A stretch of DNA of 64,000 nt from Squalus acanthias (GCA_030390025.1 CM059433.1:2604001-2668000), one strand, 5' to 3'; positions 1-13,550 are shown, numbered from the stretch's first letter. Program-made: numbers and translations. Notes: generated by a model from the sequence alone, not told the origin.

Positions 1-1730
1 AGCCTGCTCCGCCATTCAATGAGATCATGGCTGATCTGATCTTGGCCTCAACTCCACTTCCCTGCCCGCTCCCCATAACCCTTGACTCCCTTATCATTCA
101 AAAATCTGTCTATCTCCACCTTAAATATATTCAATAACCCAGCCTCCACAGCTCTCTGGGGAAGAGAATTCCAAAGATTCACGACCCTTTGAGAAAGAAA
201 TTCCTCCTCATTTCCGATTTAAAAGGGTGCCCCCTTATTCTGAAATTATGCCCCCTAGTTCTAGATTCCCCCACAAGGGGAAACATCCTCTCTGCATCTA
301 CCCTGTCAAGCCCCTTCAGAATCTTATATGTTTCAATAAGATCCCCTCTCATTCTTCTAAACTCCAATGAGTATAGGCCCAACCTGCTCAACCTTTCTTC
401 ATAAGACAACCCCTTCATCTCTGGAATCAACCTCGTGAACCTTCTCTGAACTGCCTCCAATGCAAGTATATTCTTCCTTAAATAAGGAGACCAAAACTGT
501 ACGCAGTACTCCAGGTGTGGTCTCACCAATACCCTGTACAGTTGTAACAGGACTTTCCTACTTTTATACTCCATTCCCTTTGCAATAAAGGCCAACATTC
601 CATTTGCCTTCCTAATTACTTGCTGTACCTGTATGCTAACTTTTTGTGATTCCTGTACAAGGACCCCCAGATCCCTCTGTACCTCAGCCTTTTGTAATCT
701 CTCCCTGTTTAAATAATTATTTGCTTTTTTATTTTTCCTACCAAAGTGGATAACCTCGCATTTTCCCACATTAAACTCCATCTGCCAGATTTTTGCCCAC
801 TCACTTAGCCTATCTATATCCCTTTGGAGATTCTTTGCGTCCTCCACACAATTAACTTTCCCACCTATCTTTGTATCATCAGCAAATTTGGCTACATTAC
901 ACTCAGTCCCTTCATCCAAGTCATTAATATAGATTGTAAATAGTTGAGGCCCCAGCACTGATCCCTGCGGCACCCCACTAGTTACAGTTTGCCAACCTGA
1001 AAATGACCCATTTATCCCAACTCTCTGTTTTCTGTTAGTTAGCCAATCCTCTATCCATGCTAATATATTACCCCCAACCCCGTGAGCTCTTATCTTGTGT
1101 AGTAACCTTTTATGTGGCACCTTATCGAATGCCTTCTGGAAATCCAAATACACGACATCTACTGGTTCCCCTTTATCCACCCTGCTCATTACATCCTCAA
1201 AGAATTCCAGCAAATTTGTCAAACATGATTTCACTTTCATAAAACCATGCTCACTCTGCTTGACTGTACAGGAAACTCTCATTTTAACGGCACCTAAATA
1301 TCCGGAATTCTCTATTAACCGGCAGAATTCATACTCCGAAAACAACAGCTCAATAACCGTTTTGTTTTACTGTTAAGTAATTAAAGAGTTCTGGATTACC
1401 CTCAACTGGCAGTAGTGTATTTAATCAAGCATCTTCCACCATCAATTTAACACAACATTCTGTAGGGGAGTACCCAATTACTGTATACTGCACATTTCTT
1501 GATTTTTTTATTTTTGTTTGTTAAAAATAGCCTCGGTAGATAACCCTCTCCGTTATCCGGAATTTTTAATCAACCGGCACCATCCCGGTCCCGTCGGTGC
1601 CGGATACCAAAGAGTTTCCTGGATTATGATTTTCTAAATGTCCTGCTATCACTTCCTTAAAGATGGACTCCAGCATTTTCCCAATGACAGATGTTAGGCT
1701 AACTGGTCGATAGTTGCCTGCTTTCTGTCT
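1..1730 (-). mobile_element. CR1 LINE 3' portion (RT domain and 3' UTR), interrupted by a MITE at 1269-1621; the tail runs off the window start
   Basis: ORF 179-1345 has CR1 RT motifs (LDFQKAFDKVPH, GVPQGSVLGP, KFADD, RPHLEYC). NYRPVSLTSV lies on the far side of the MITE. The CR1 3' UTR motif is at 1-60. Confidence 0.93.
1269..1621. mobile_element. Tc1/mariner-pogo (Tigger-like) MITE
   Basis: Terminal inverted repeats CAGGAAACTCT...AGAGTTTCCTG, preceded by TA and followed by GA (degenerate TA TSD). Removing it rejoins the CR1. Confidence 0.8.
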
Positions 1731-3099
1731 CGTGGCAGAAAATGGCAGAAAATATGTTGTATGATGTATTTCCTTCATTTGCAAGGTGTCATAAAATACC
1801 CATCCATTTGTGGGTGAGCATATTAGACATCTTCCCCTACTATTGCCCTAAAATCTGACAGGCATAAAAGAGAGGGTCCCACTCAGAATCTGCTCCATTT
1901 ATAGCCCAGAGGCTGCTGGTAATTTCGGACCCTGAGATCCAAAAGCATGATATGTGTGTGCAGTCTAGGAGTTGTAGGGTTAAGTTTGCCATCGATACTG
2001 AGTGATAGAAATCTAACTAAGTTCAACTGCTAGCATTATAAAAAAAGGAGCAATAAAGCTTTTAGTGAGAAGCCAATATTGTAGAATTCTAATGGTTCAA
2101 ATTTTAACCTTTATCCCAGAGAAAATCTCTGATAGTCAAGCTTTAAAATGTATCAGATGAGCAACCTTTAAAACATTGTTCACTTGCCCAGGTTAGGGTT
2201 TGCTGTGTTATTAATTAGTTGTGTTCTTTGTCTATGTGAGTTTGAATATCGGAAGGAAATCCTAAGTGCCATAAAAACAATCTGACATTGTAGGGTAACG
2301 GAAATTAGATCTGAGCTTCACTACTCCCTTCCAATTCACCAGTCAGCTTGTTAAAGTTTAGCTGTCAGTTGCCATAAAAACATAACCTGTACTAGATTAA
2401 TCTTGTCTGTCTATGTAAATCTTCTACTTTTAATGTTCCCATCTGCCTGGCAATCGTTTTACCCTGCAAGAAGTGCGTGCAGCATATACTTACTGGGGAA
2501 TCATTCTGGCATTCTCAACATGATGCACATAACAGAATATGTAGCCATGCAGGACTAGCGTCATCAACAACATATTATAGTCATATCACTGAAACCTTCA
2601 TTAAGTGCAACACTTCCTATTGTGCAGACAGAAATAAATCTTTTTATTATTGGAAAAAGTAACTCTAAAGAAAACCATTAATCAAGACATAAATTGCAAA
2701 ATAGATTAAGATAATTACACTTATCATTCTCCTCCAGCCAGAAATATATGCTTTGTAGAGAGGGCCACAGAATCATTTGCTGAAATCAACATGTTTATTA
2801 AGTTTTTACAAGTGGGCACTTTTTTCCTTAGTGACACAAGTTAAAAGATTTTCATTATACGGGCGGATGTCCTGTGGCAATGGTCACGGTCAGTCGGTGG
2901 ATGTGCTGCCTGATAATGTGGCCCTGCAAAGCCCTGTCTGCAACCAACCCTTCTACTCCGAGTGTAGCCAGGCTTATCCCCACAGCAGCTTTTTCTCATT
3001 CTCGATTCCTTTTCCCCCACCCCATGATTTCATGGACCTTCACCAAAGAATTCTCGGCCTTCTCGTGGCTGCCTAGCTCAGGATTCTGACACATCTCCC

Positions 3100-4395
3100 A
3101 AATATGTTTCTCTGTCTTTTTTCTTACTTCACCGAATTTCTTGTTCTCTTTCACTTTCATTTCTCTCTCTCCTTATTCTCCTTCAACTTAGTTTCTTTCA
3201 CCCTCTTGCACATTTGCTTCTTTCTCTTCATTCACTTCTGGGTTTCTCTCGCTCTCTTTCCTTCAATCTTGCTCATTCATTCGCCTTAAATTTTGCTTCT
3301 CCCTCCGTCTCCTCTCTGTTTCTCTTTCCTCATTCACCTTTACTTCTTTGTCCTTGTTGCTTTAAAAGCTCTTTAGAATAATTTGTCCGTGACTACACAA
3401 ACCACTCTGGGTCCAGGTATATTGTGTATCAGTAAAACAGGTTTATTAACCATTAAACATCCAGTACAAAGAAGTAATAATTAACAAGAAGATAGTCACA
3501 GTCTGCTCATCAAACCCCGGCGTTCCTTCCCAGTGACTGTGGCAGCGGTCTCTTTATTCTCTTGCTGTGTTCTGTTGACTGAAGTTTCTTCTTCCTATGG
3601 CTTCGCGCTGCTTTCGGTGTTCAATATCTTTATTTTTATACCCTTTTTCTCCCTTCCGTTTTGCCTACGTGGCAGTAACTAGCCCTCTGACACCTTGTAA
3701 ATGTCCCTCCTCTCCTTGCCAGTCATCTTATGACCTTGGGAATCCCACTAGGCCTCCTTCTGTGCATAACAAGCTACCCTTATCTTAAAGTTTCACTTTA
3801 CAGAACATCCTTGAGGTGTTTTCTAAACAGTTTGTCTATTCTGCAGCTTCTTATGTGGAGTCTGTCTCTAACTCATATCTCTCATCTCTTTTCCATAACA
3901 TTACCGAATTCCATGCCTCCTACTATCTCTGGGTTTACTTAACACAACATTTCATTACTACAGCATTTTCTAACAGAGTTTTAGTCAGGTTGGCATAATT
4001 TCCCATCCTGCTTTACTTCTCAACCATTCGCCATTTTATACAGGCATTTTAGGTTTTTAACATACAATTTCACATATTATAGTTATTTAATAATGGTTAC
4101 AAAATCTTAACAATGTTTACTAAATCCTACAGGTAATTTCTATCCTACATCCTCTCCTTCACTTTTGTTCCAGTGCCTCTCACTTTTATTTCTCGCTTTC
4201 CTCCTTCAATTTTGCTTCTCTCCTCCATTTTTGTTTCCTTCCCTCATTTCTCTGTTCTTCTTATTTTCTCTTTTCCTTTATACTTTGTCTTCATTTGTTA
4301 TTTCCTTTATCTGTTCCTTTTTCTCTTATTTCTTCTCACTTCCCTTTTTCTGTCTTGTTTTACTGATTTTCTCTCAGGTTATTTCTTATAAATGA
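3100..4395. repeat. Pyrimidine-rich low-complexity tracts (~3100-3370 and ~4150-4395) flanking a possible LTR-like insert (~3384-4112)
   Basis: Both sides are CT-rich. The internal segment begins TG and could end CA, but no TSD was found. Confidence 0.4.
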
Positions 4396-4438
4396 AGTAC
4401 TTGCATTGCTCCATGAGGAGATTGCTAGTATGGGTAAT

Positions 4439-4850
4439 CTTCTTCTTAGGCAGTCCCTCGGAACCGAGGATGACTTGCTTCCACACTAAAAATTAGTTCT
4501 CAGGTGACTGATGAGTCCAATGCGGGACCTACAGTCTCTGTCACAGGTAGGGCAGATGGTGGTTGAAGGGGCGGGTGGGTGGGGTGCTTGGGTTGACGTG
4601 CGCTCTTTGCGCTTGGCTTCCGCTTGCTCCTGGCGAAGAGACTCGAGGTGTTCGGCGCCTTCCCGGATGCTTCTCCTCCACTTTGTGCGGTCTTGGGCCA
4701 GGGATTTCCAGGTGTCAGTGGGGATGTTGCACTTTTTCAAGGAGGCTTTGAGGGTGTCCTTGAAGCGTTTCCTCTGCCCACCCAGGGCTCTCTTGCTGTG
4801 TCGGAGCTCCGAGCAGAGCGCTTGCTTTGGGAGTCTCGTATCGGGCATGG
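4439..4850 (-). mobile_element. RTE-clade (BovB-like) LINE 3' end
   Basis: Peptide MPDTRLPKQAL..GGQRKRFKDTLK..CPTCDRDCRSRIGLISH, with a (GAA)n tail. Same family as 27806-29241. Confidence 0.88.
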
Positions 4851-5123
4851 GTAATAGGCCATTGCCGAAGCACAGAATCGGGTGATGGGAGCGATGAGAA
4901 GGGGGTCAGAAAGATTGGGTGATTTAAAAAAAAATTCATTGTTGGTATGTGGGTGTCGCTAGCCAGGCCGGCTTTGCACATGATTAAAACCGAGTGGACT
5001 TAAACAGAGTATTTTATTTGGGAATTTGGAAAGAGTGGGAATTCAGAGAAGAGGGGGCAGGAGTTGCTGCTTTTTGCGTACACTACTTGTAGTGCTTTGT
5101 GTTACAGGTAGATATTTAATTTC

Positions 5124-5493
5124 AGTACAGTTTTGGTCTCCTTACCTAAGGAAGGATATACTTGCCATAGATGGAGTGCAACGAAGGTTCACCAGACTGG
5201 TTCCTGGGATGGGGGGATCCTATGAGGAGAGATTGAGTAGACTAGGCCTATATTCTCTCGAGTTTAGAAGAATGAGAGGTGATCTCATTGAAACATACAA
5301 AATTCTTACAGGGCTTGACAGGGTAGATGCAGGGAGGATGTTTCCCCTGGCTGGGGTGTCTAGAACCAGGGGTCACAGTCTCAGAATAAGGGGTCGGCCA
5401 TTTAGGACTGAGATGAGGAGAAATTTCTTCACTCAGAGGGTGGTGAATCTTTGCAATTCTCTACCCCAGGGGGCAGTGGAGGCTCAGTCATCC
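5124..5493 (+). mobile_element. CR1 LINE ORF2 C-terminal fragment
   Basis: VQFWSPYLRKD..RRMRGDLIETYKI..FFTQRVVN. Confidence 0.9.
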
Positions 5494-6063
5494 TCAGGGG
5501 AAAAATTTGTCCCCTTAGCACCTCCTGTTATCGCCAGTAAATGACACTAATGGGGCGCTAGAGCAGTATTGCCGGAGTGAGGCAAATCCAGCGGCGCACG
5601 TCAATCCGGCCCCCCCTGTAGTGCCGCTGGTAAGAGGTATCGCCAGGAACGTCAACGGCAGGTAGATGGTGACGTCAGTGAGTGCGCAATGCTCACTGAC
5701 CACCCGATTTGCTAAATTGATTGTCGCCACCTACCTCAATGCCTGGAGTAAACACCGACAATGGGAGCTCGCATTCAGCAGCAGGAAGCCGGCTTCAGGG
5801 ATGTTATTTAAAGGATTCATCAGTAGTCACTCGCAGCTGTCAGGTTAGTGCAGGTTCAATGGTTTCTTATCAGTTTCACCCACTGTAACAGTTTCATTCA
5901 GTAATTTAAAGGTTCTTTTGTATCAGGAGCCTTCTGGCAACTCAGCAGTTGCTACATTTATTCTTCAATTGGTAACATTAATGGGGGCTGTACTGGTATT
6001 TGCCACCTCACCCTCCAGGATCTACAGCAGAGGGAGCATAGGCAACGAGAAATAAGAGAACAT

Positions 6064-6261
6064 GTGCCCAGAGAGATGAGGAGGGACATCAGGGCTCTCA
6101 CCAGGAGGCCATACCCTCCAAGGGTATTCCGAGAGCTCTTCTCCTACCTTCAATTAAACGATGAGCAGTTTATTAGACGACTCTGCCTCATCAAGGAGGT
6201 GGTCACAGAACTCTGCCACCTCCTCCAAAAAAACCTACAGCCTCACACCAGGATGACTTAA
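6064..6261 (+). pseudogene. Harbinger transposase N-terminal fragment
   Basis: RRPYPPRVFRELFSYLQLNDEQFIRRLCLIKEVVTELCHLL resembles the N-terminal helical region of Harbinger transposases. The DDE region is absent. Confidence 0.7.
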
Positions 6262-6403
6262 ACCCCAGATCCCCTTTGCTCACCACATAGCCATCATTCC
6301 ATCCCTCTCGCAGACCGTGTCACACTGCAAAGCTGAAATGACAGACACCACAAAGGAATGGTAAGTGAATTAATAAATTTATCAAAAACCAATGAACACA
6401 TAT

Positions 6404-8327
6404 TTACACTAAAAATATTAATGATTCACTCTTGTGCAATCCCTTAGTGCCTCTCGTTACTGTGCCTTTGCCTACTCTAGTGCTCCCACAAAGTGTTGGC
6501 CCAGTGGCTGCAGCAGGGCTGGTGGAAGGCTGCTGAGTGTCCGTGCGGGAGACTTCAGATGGCCTTGCAGGACCCCCTTGACCAGCTCTGGGCCTGGAAG
6601 GCCCGGCTGTAGACTGCAGCACCTCAGGCTGGGCGGTGGCAGTCTGGGTTGGCTGGATGACAGGCAGCGACAAGGGCAATGGCGGAGTGCCAGTGGTGGG
6701 AGCAGGAATGCTGTCATCCTGAGAGAGGACAGCAGCTTCCTGCTCCACTGACCCACTGCCACTCACCAGCGGCAGCACCTTAGCATCCCTAGCAATCTGT
6801 TACAGCACAGATTGCTGGCCTGCTGTGACACTGTGTAAACCCCGGTTGACGGTGGTAGACCCAACCACGATGGCAGCAGTCCGAGCTGGCGTTGCATCAA
6901 GCTGAGGCTGCATGACACCAGTCTGAGATTGGATGCCACCAACCATAGACTGCATTACAGCACTAAGATGTTGCGTCGCTTCTGCCTGTTTTAGCAATGA
7001 AAGCTGCCAGATTACCAATCACACGCAGCATCAGGTTTGGGTCGCCACGATCTTTCTGGGAGTCTACCATCCTTTCCAGACTGGAAATGATGGGCTCCAT
7101 GGTGTGTGCAGAGCCTTGTGCAATGTTGGAGGCGGACTCCTCCACGATCCTTATCATTGCCGAGAGGCTCTTGGGCATCTTTGCCATTGCACCTATCATC
7201 TCCGTGTGCATGCCTATCACCCTTCTTCTAAATGCCTCCCCATCGAGGTTCTCATCTGAGTGCTGCGCAGCAGAACTCACGCGTGAACTCGCCCTCTGGG
7301 GAGCTGGCCCCTGAGCTACCCTTTCCCCTTGGCCTTGCTGCAGCCCACTCGTCCCCGGTGCCTCACCCTGTGCAGATCCCGCTACTATACTAGCCTCTAA
7401 AGAAGGCGTAGTGCCAGTATCTGAGCTGGTGCCTGCAGGTGAGACATGCAGTGACGTGGTGTGTTCAGCCTCCTCCTCTTCTCCCGTCTCGCTCTCTATG
7501 GTGCCCTCAGGAACAGGCTGCTCAGGTGATTGCTCATTATCTGAAAGCATAAAGGCACAAGATTCAGGTTAAGGTGAGGGGAGGGGGCAGGAAGGGAGAA
7601 ATGCATGCATACAGCATGATTAGCTGGAAAGTGTGAAACGCTTGTGGGGTGAGGGGGAAGTTGATTGTGAGAAGAAGGATTAGGGATGAACATACCATTG
7701 TTGTCCCCAAGTGGTCAATGTCGCCGGTGGCCATGGCGCCCACCACCTGGCGCTCAATGATTTGCAGCACTCGATTCTCCAGTGCAGACAGTGGTTGGGT
7801 GTCGGCTTGTCCCCCGCCTGTGCGCTCCTGCTCTCTCCTGTTGTGAGCCACTTTGGCATGCAAGAGAAAGGAACGTATGTGAGTGAGTGTGGAGCACTGT
7901 GTTTGGGTGATGTGCCTGCCATAGTTCAATAGCTGTCATTGTGTGCAAGGTGTGAGATGTGGGTGTGAGTGTTGCTAGGTAGAGATTGTTGGTGGGTGAG
8001 TGCTGGGGGTGTGGTGCTTTGGGCAGTGTGTGCAGACTGTGGTTCAGATGGTGGTATGTAGCATTTGTTGAAGCATTGACTCACCCTGACCACCCGAGTG
8101 AGGTCATTAAATTTCTTCCTGCACTCTGTGTGGGTCCTGGGGACCACAGTGTTGCCTGAGACATGCTGCGCTACCTACCTCCATATGGTGCGGAAGACTT
8201 GTGGCGAGGGCCTCCTTCCACTTGCCGGGTAGAGCACCGCCCTCCATCTCTCCACAGTGAAAACCAATGCCTCCAATGGTTCATCGCAGATTCTGCGCTC
8301 TCTCTCCCTGGGGCATGGGTCTGCCAT
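6404..8327 (-). pseudogene. Spliced Harbinger Myb/SANT-like DNA-binding protein pseudogene (exons ~8327-8085, 7857-7696, 7540-6404)
   Basis: Peptides ICDEPLEALV..W..VA..RTHTECRKKFNDL and AHNRREQERTGGG. Donors GTGAGT and GTATG; one acceptor reads AT instead of AG. In-frame stop in exon 1. Confidence 0.75.
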
Positions 8328-8744
8328 GAGCACACCTGGTTTAGTCCTCTCGCTCCTTCTCCTTATTCTGCTTCTGCTTGCTGAGCTAGCTGCACAGCCA
8401 GCAATGCTGAGAATGAGGTGCTGAGGCATCAATGAGCCTCCCCTTTAAGTTGTGGAAAAAGCCTCTGGCAATCATGACTTGCAATTAGACTGCACCTGAT
8501 ATTGGTCCATCCTTTGAGCATAACGCCAATGAGCTTGGGTTTTAAGACTTGATTTAGGACTCCAATCATTTTATTGAAAAGTGAGCACGAATTTTGCATG
8601 CAGTCTAAAGAAGTTGCGCCTGGCGCTAGTTCTCCAACTTTTCTACTGAACACCGCCCATTCCTTGGCTATAACGACTTTCTAGCCCTTAAATATTTAAC
8701 CATTGGTGAAGAAGAAAATTGACTGATAGCTCGATGGACACAAC

Positions 8745-11700
8745 ATAGATGAAGGGTGACAATGCCTGGGAATTAAACATACCAGGTTATTTAACGATCA
8801 GGAAGGACAGGCAGGAAGGAAGGGGAGGTGGGGTGGCTATGTTAATAAAGGAAGGAATCACTGTAATACAGATAAATGATATTGGGTCAAAAGATCAGGA
8901 TAATGAAATAGTTTGGGTGGAGATAAGGAATAATAAGGGGAAAAAAACACTAGTGGGCGTAGTCTATAGGCCTCCAAATAGTTGCAACTCTGTTGGACGG
9001 AGTATCAATCAGGAAATAGTTGAGGCTTGTAATAAGGGAACATCTATAATTATGGGGGATTTTAACTATCATATTAATTGGACAAATCAAATTGGGCAGG
9101 GCTGCCTTGAGGATGAGTTCATTGAGTGTATTAGGGATGGGTTTCTTGAGCAGTATGTAACTGAACCGACCAGGGGGCAAGCAACCTTAGATCTGGTCCT
9201 GTGTAACGAGACAGGATTAATTAAAAATGTCCTAGTAAAGGATCCCCTTGGAATAAGTGACCATAACATGGTTGAATTCCATATTCAATTAGAGGGTGAG
9301 AAGGTTGGATCTCAAACAAGCATGCTAAGCTTGAATAAAGGAGACTATGAAGGTATGCGAGCGGAATTTAGTAGAGTGGATTGGGAAAATAGATTAACGG
9401 GTAAGACGATACATGATCAGTGGTGTACATTTAAGGAGTTATTTTACAACTTCCAAAAAATATGTATTCCACTGAGAAGAAAAGGGTGTAAAAGAAAAGA
9501 CAGTCATCCGTGGCTAAGTAAAGAAATTAAGGATAGTATTCAACTAAAAACAAGGGGTTATAAGGTAGCCAAATCTAGTGGGAGGATAGAGGATTGGGAA
9601 AATTTTAAAAGACAGCAAAAAATAACAAAAAGATTGATTAAGAAAGGGAAGATAGATTATGAAAGTAAATTAGCAAAAAATATAAAAACAGATAGTAAGA
9701 GTTTTTATAGTTATATAAAAAGAAAAAGGGTGGCTAAAGTAAATGTTGGCCCCTTAGAGGATGAGACCGGGAAATTAATGGTGGGAAATATGGAGATGGC
9801 AAATACACTGAATGAATATTTTGTATCAGTCTTTACAGTAGAGGACACTAAGAATATCCCAACACTGGACAACCAGGGGGCTATAGGGGGAGAGGAGCTA
9901 AACACGATCAAAATCACTAAGGAAGTGGTACTCGGTAAAATAATGGGACTCAAGGCGGATAAATCACCTGGACCTGATGGCTTACATCCTAGGGTCTTGA
10001 GGGAAGTGGCGGTAGGGATTGTGGATGCATTAGTAATAATTTTCCAAAACTCCCTGGACTCAGCAAAGATCCCGGCTAATGTAACACCCTTATTTAAAAA
10101 GGGCAGTAGACAGAAGGCTGGAAACTATAGACCGGTTAGCCTAACATCTGTGGTAGGTAAAATTTTGGAGTCCATTATTAAGGAGACAGTAACGGGACAT
10201 TTGGATAATCATAATTTAATAGGACAAAGTCAGCATGGTTTTATGAAGGGGAAGTTCTGAGGAACGTGGAGGAGCAGAGGGATCTGGGGGTTCATATCCA
10301 CAGATCTCTGAAGGTTGCCACTCAAGTGGATAGAGCAGTAAAGAAGGCCTATGGTGTGTTAGCCTTTATTAACAGAGGGTTTGAGTTTAAGAACCGTGAG
10401 GTTATGCTGCAACTGTACAGGACCTTGGTGAGACCACATTTGGAATATTGTGTGCAGTTCTGGTCACCTCACTATAGGAAGGACGTAGAAGCATTGGAAA
10501 GAGTGCAAAGGAGATTTACCAGGATGCTGCCTGGTTTGGGGGGGAGGTCTTATGAGGAAAGATTGAGGGAGTTGGGGCTTTTCTCTTTAGAGCGGAGGAG
10601 GATGAGAGGCGACTTAATAGAGGTTTATAAGATGATGAGGGGGATAGATAGAGTGGATGTTCAGAGACTATTTCCTCGGGTAGAGGCAGCTGTTACAAGG
10701 GGGCATAACTATAAGGTGCATGGGGGGAGATATAGAAGGGATGTCCGAGGTAGATTCTTTACTCAGAGAGTGGTTGGGGTGTGGAATGGACTGCCTGCTG
10801 TGATAGTGGAGTCGGACACTTTAGGAACTTTCAAGCGGTTATTGGATAAGCACATGGAGCACACCAGAGTGATAGGGAGTGTGATAGCTTGATCTTGGTC
10901 TCGGACAATGCTCGGCACAACATTGAGGGCCGAAGGGCCTGTACTGTGCTGTACTGTTCTATGTTCTATGTTAAGTCATGTTTGACAAATTTGCTGGAGT
11001 TCTTTGAGGAAGTAACACACAGGGTGGATAAAGGGGAACCAGTGGATGTGGTGTATTTAGACTTCCAAAAGGCATTTGACAAGGTGCCACACAAAAGATT
11101 ATTGCTTAAGATAAAAAATCACGGGATTGGGGGTAATATTCTGGCATGGATAGAGGATTGGCTATCTAACAGAAGGCAGAGAGTTGGGATAAATGGTTCA
11201 TTCTCAGACTGGCAATCAGTAACTAGTGGTGTTCTGCAGGGGTCAGTGCTGGGTCCCCAACTCTTTACAATCTATATTAATGATTTGGAGGAGGGGACCG
11301 AGTGTAACAAATCAAAGTTTGCAGATGATACTAAGATGGGAGGGAAAGTAGTGAGTGAGGAGGACATAAAAAATCTGCAAGGGGACATAGACAGGCTAAG
11401 TAAGTGGGCAGAGATTTGGCAGATGGAATACAATACTGGAAAGTGTGAGGTTATGCACTTTGGCAGGAAAAATAGTAGAGCAAGTTATTATCTAAATGGC
11501 AAGAAACTGGAAAGTACTGAAGTACAAAGGGATCTGGGGGTCCTGGTGCACGAAACTCAAAAGGTTAGTATGCAGGTGCAGCAAGTGATTAAGAAGGCCA
11601 ATGGAATGTTGGCTTTCATTGCTAGGGGGATAGAATATAAAAATAGGGAGGTATTGCTTCAGTTGTATAAGGTATTGGTGAGACCGCACCTGGAATACTG

Positions 11701-12385
11701 CATACAGTTTTGGTGTCCATACTTAAGAAAAGACATACTTGCTCTCGAGTCAGTACAAAGAAGGTTCACTCGGTTAATCCCGGGGATGAGGGGATGGACA
11801 TATGAGGAGAGGTTGGGTAGATTGGGACACTACTCATTGGAGTTCAGAAGAATGAGAGGTGATCTTATTGAAACATATAAGATTGTGAAGGGGTTGGATT
11901 GGGTGGATGCGGGGAGGATGTTCCCGATGATGGGTGAAACTAGAACTAGGGGGCATAGTCTTAGAATAAGGGGCTGCTCTTTCAAAACTGAGATGAGAAG
12001 GAACTACTTCACTCAGAGGGTGGTAGGTCCATGGAATATGCTGCCCCAAAAAGCTGTAGAAGCTACATCATTACATAAATTTAAAACAGAAATAGACAGT
12101 TTCCTAGAAGTAAAGGGAATTAAGGGTTACGGGGAGCGGGCAGGAATTTGGACATGAGGCTGAGTTCGGATCGGTCATGGCCCTGTGGGTAGCGTAGCGG
12201 GCCCAGGGGCCGTGTAGTCTGATCCTGCTCCTATTTCGTGTGTCCAATTCTGTTAGGTTCAGGAGATGGTTCTGTGATAGTAGATTGGCGGTTAGGATCA
12301 GATCAGCCATGATCTTATTGAATGGCGGAGCAGGCTCGAGGGACCAATTGGCCGACTCCTGCTCCTATTTCTTATGTTCTTATGT
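8745..12385 (+). mobile_element. 5'-truncated CR1 LINE (APE endonuclease and RT) split by a nested CR1
   Basis: ORF 8749-10260 (GVVYRPP, GDFN, SDH, PGPDG) ends QHGFMKGK and continues as SCLTNLLEFF at ~10975. 3' tail (TTCTTATG)n. Confidence 0.95.
10259..10972 (+). mobile_element. Nested 5'-truncated CR1 of a different subfamily
   Basis: ORF 10266-10892 is the RT C-terminus, with its own (TTCTATG)n tail and a probable AAGT TSD. Confidence 0.9.
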
Positions 12386-12764
12386 TAAAAGATTGATGCA
12401 AAAGTCAAACAAAAGAAATTTATTTATAAAGATATAAAGGCTTTGATTAGAATCAATTCTGATCCTGTGGTCTTTGCAGGTGTAATATACGTTTTCCTAG
12501 GTCTGGATTTAATACTAAGTCCAATGCATAACACATTTTTATGACATTCCTCTGTCTGTCATCTTAATATAGATGTCAACCCATGTATTTTAAATGTGTT
12601 AACACCTCAGTTGAAATAGTAGAGGAATGTCCTACAAACAGCATAAATCTGCTAACATCACAAAAAAGTAATTTACAGGGTATAGCATTAATTAGCATAA
12701 AAATTGTGTAATATTTAATATGATTTCTGCTAAGAACTTTTGATACATTGTAAGATTCTGAAAA

Positions 12765-13550
12765 TTGTAATAAAACCGCTGCTGCCATGTGGAGATCGAA
12801 ATTGCGAACGAATTGTGAGATGATGACGGACGGATTCAAAATGTAGGAAGTCAGCGCGTGTTCTTTGTTTGTGAAGACACAAAATGGTGGAAGTCAGCAG
12901 GGGGTCCTTTGCCTGGTGGTCAGCAGCGGGTCCTTTGCCTGGTGGTCAGCAGGGGGCCCTTTGTTTGTAAGGCCACATGGACAAGAAGGAAGAACATGAT
13001 TGACGAGGAAGTCCCGCCCCCACACACCTCACAGGAACAGGAACGTGTCATGCGGAAGGAACGCCAATCAGGGAAGGTTTGGAGTGAAACTGACCTATCA
13101 GAGAGAGGCTGCGAGTAATTTACAACGGAGGCCGGCAGAAAAGGCCTTATAACAGAAGTAACCCGGGGGCAGGAGATTCAAGATTCAGAAGGAACACCGA
13201 AGGAACCAAGAAGGATTCAGAAGAAGCACAGAGCAGGTGGAAGAATGAGCTGAGAAAGCTGGCCAGTCTATGTTTCGAATTACAATTTCCCTGGACCGAT
13301 CTCACAGAGATAAAGGAGTATGTATGAAAGTCGGACATAAGCGTAGATTTTGTTAAAGGGGTACTTTTATGTACATTTGAATTAATAAGTTGTGGGCATA
13401 TTTATTGCCAAAGGTGCTTCTATGCACACTCGAATTTTGAACTATAGTGTAAATAAAGACCAATTTTATTGATCACATCCTTGTCTGTCATTGTTAAGCT
13501 AATTCATAATTTTCGAGGTCCGAACAGTAGTAAGAGAAAGACTTACAACA
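12765..13550 (+). mobile_element. Solo LTR
   Basis: Termini TTGTAA...TTACAACA flanked by GAAAA on both sides (12760-12764 and 13551-13555). AATAAA near 13452. Internal ~3x repeat GTCAGCAGGGGGTCCTTTGCCTGGTG. Confidence 0.72.

Larger units (their letters stand above)
5497..8687. mobile_element. Internally deleted PIF/Harbinger DNA transposon (transposase stub on +, Myb/SANT gene on -)
   Basis: Imperfect GGG...CCC termini with TCA/TTA flanks. Contains a HARBI1-like N-terminal peptide and a convergent Myb/SANT-like gene, the typical two-gene Harbinger layout. Confidence 0.8.

Noticed and set aside
2488..2500. U1 snRNA 5' end (ATACTTAC) or a minus-strand exon donor
   Set aside because: The match stops after 8 nt, and the putative minus-strand exon has stops in all three frames.
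3104..4395. Phe/Leu/Ser-rich membrane-protein-like ORFs (also 24165-24467 and 18673-19242)
   Set aside because: These are by-products of pyrimidine- or purine-rich low-complexity DNA.
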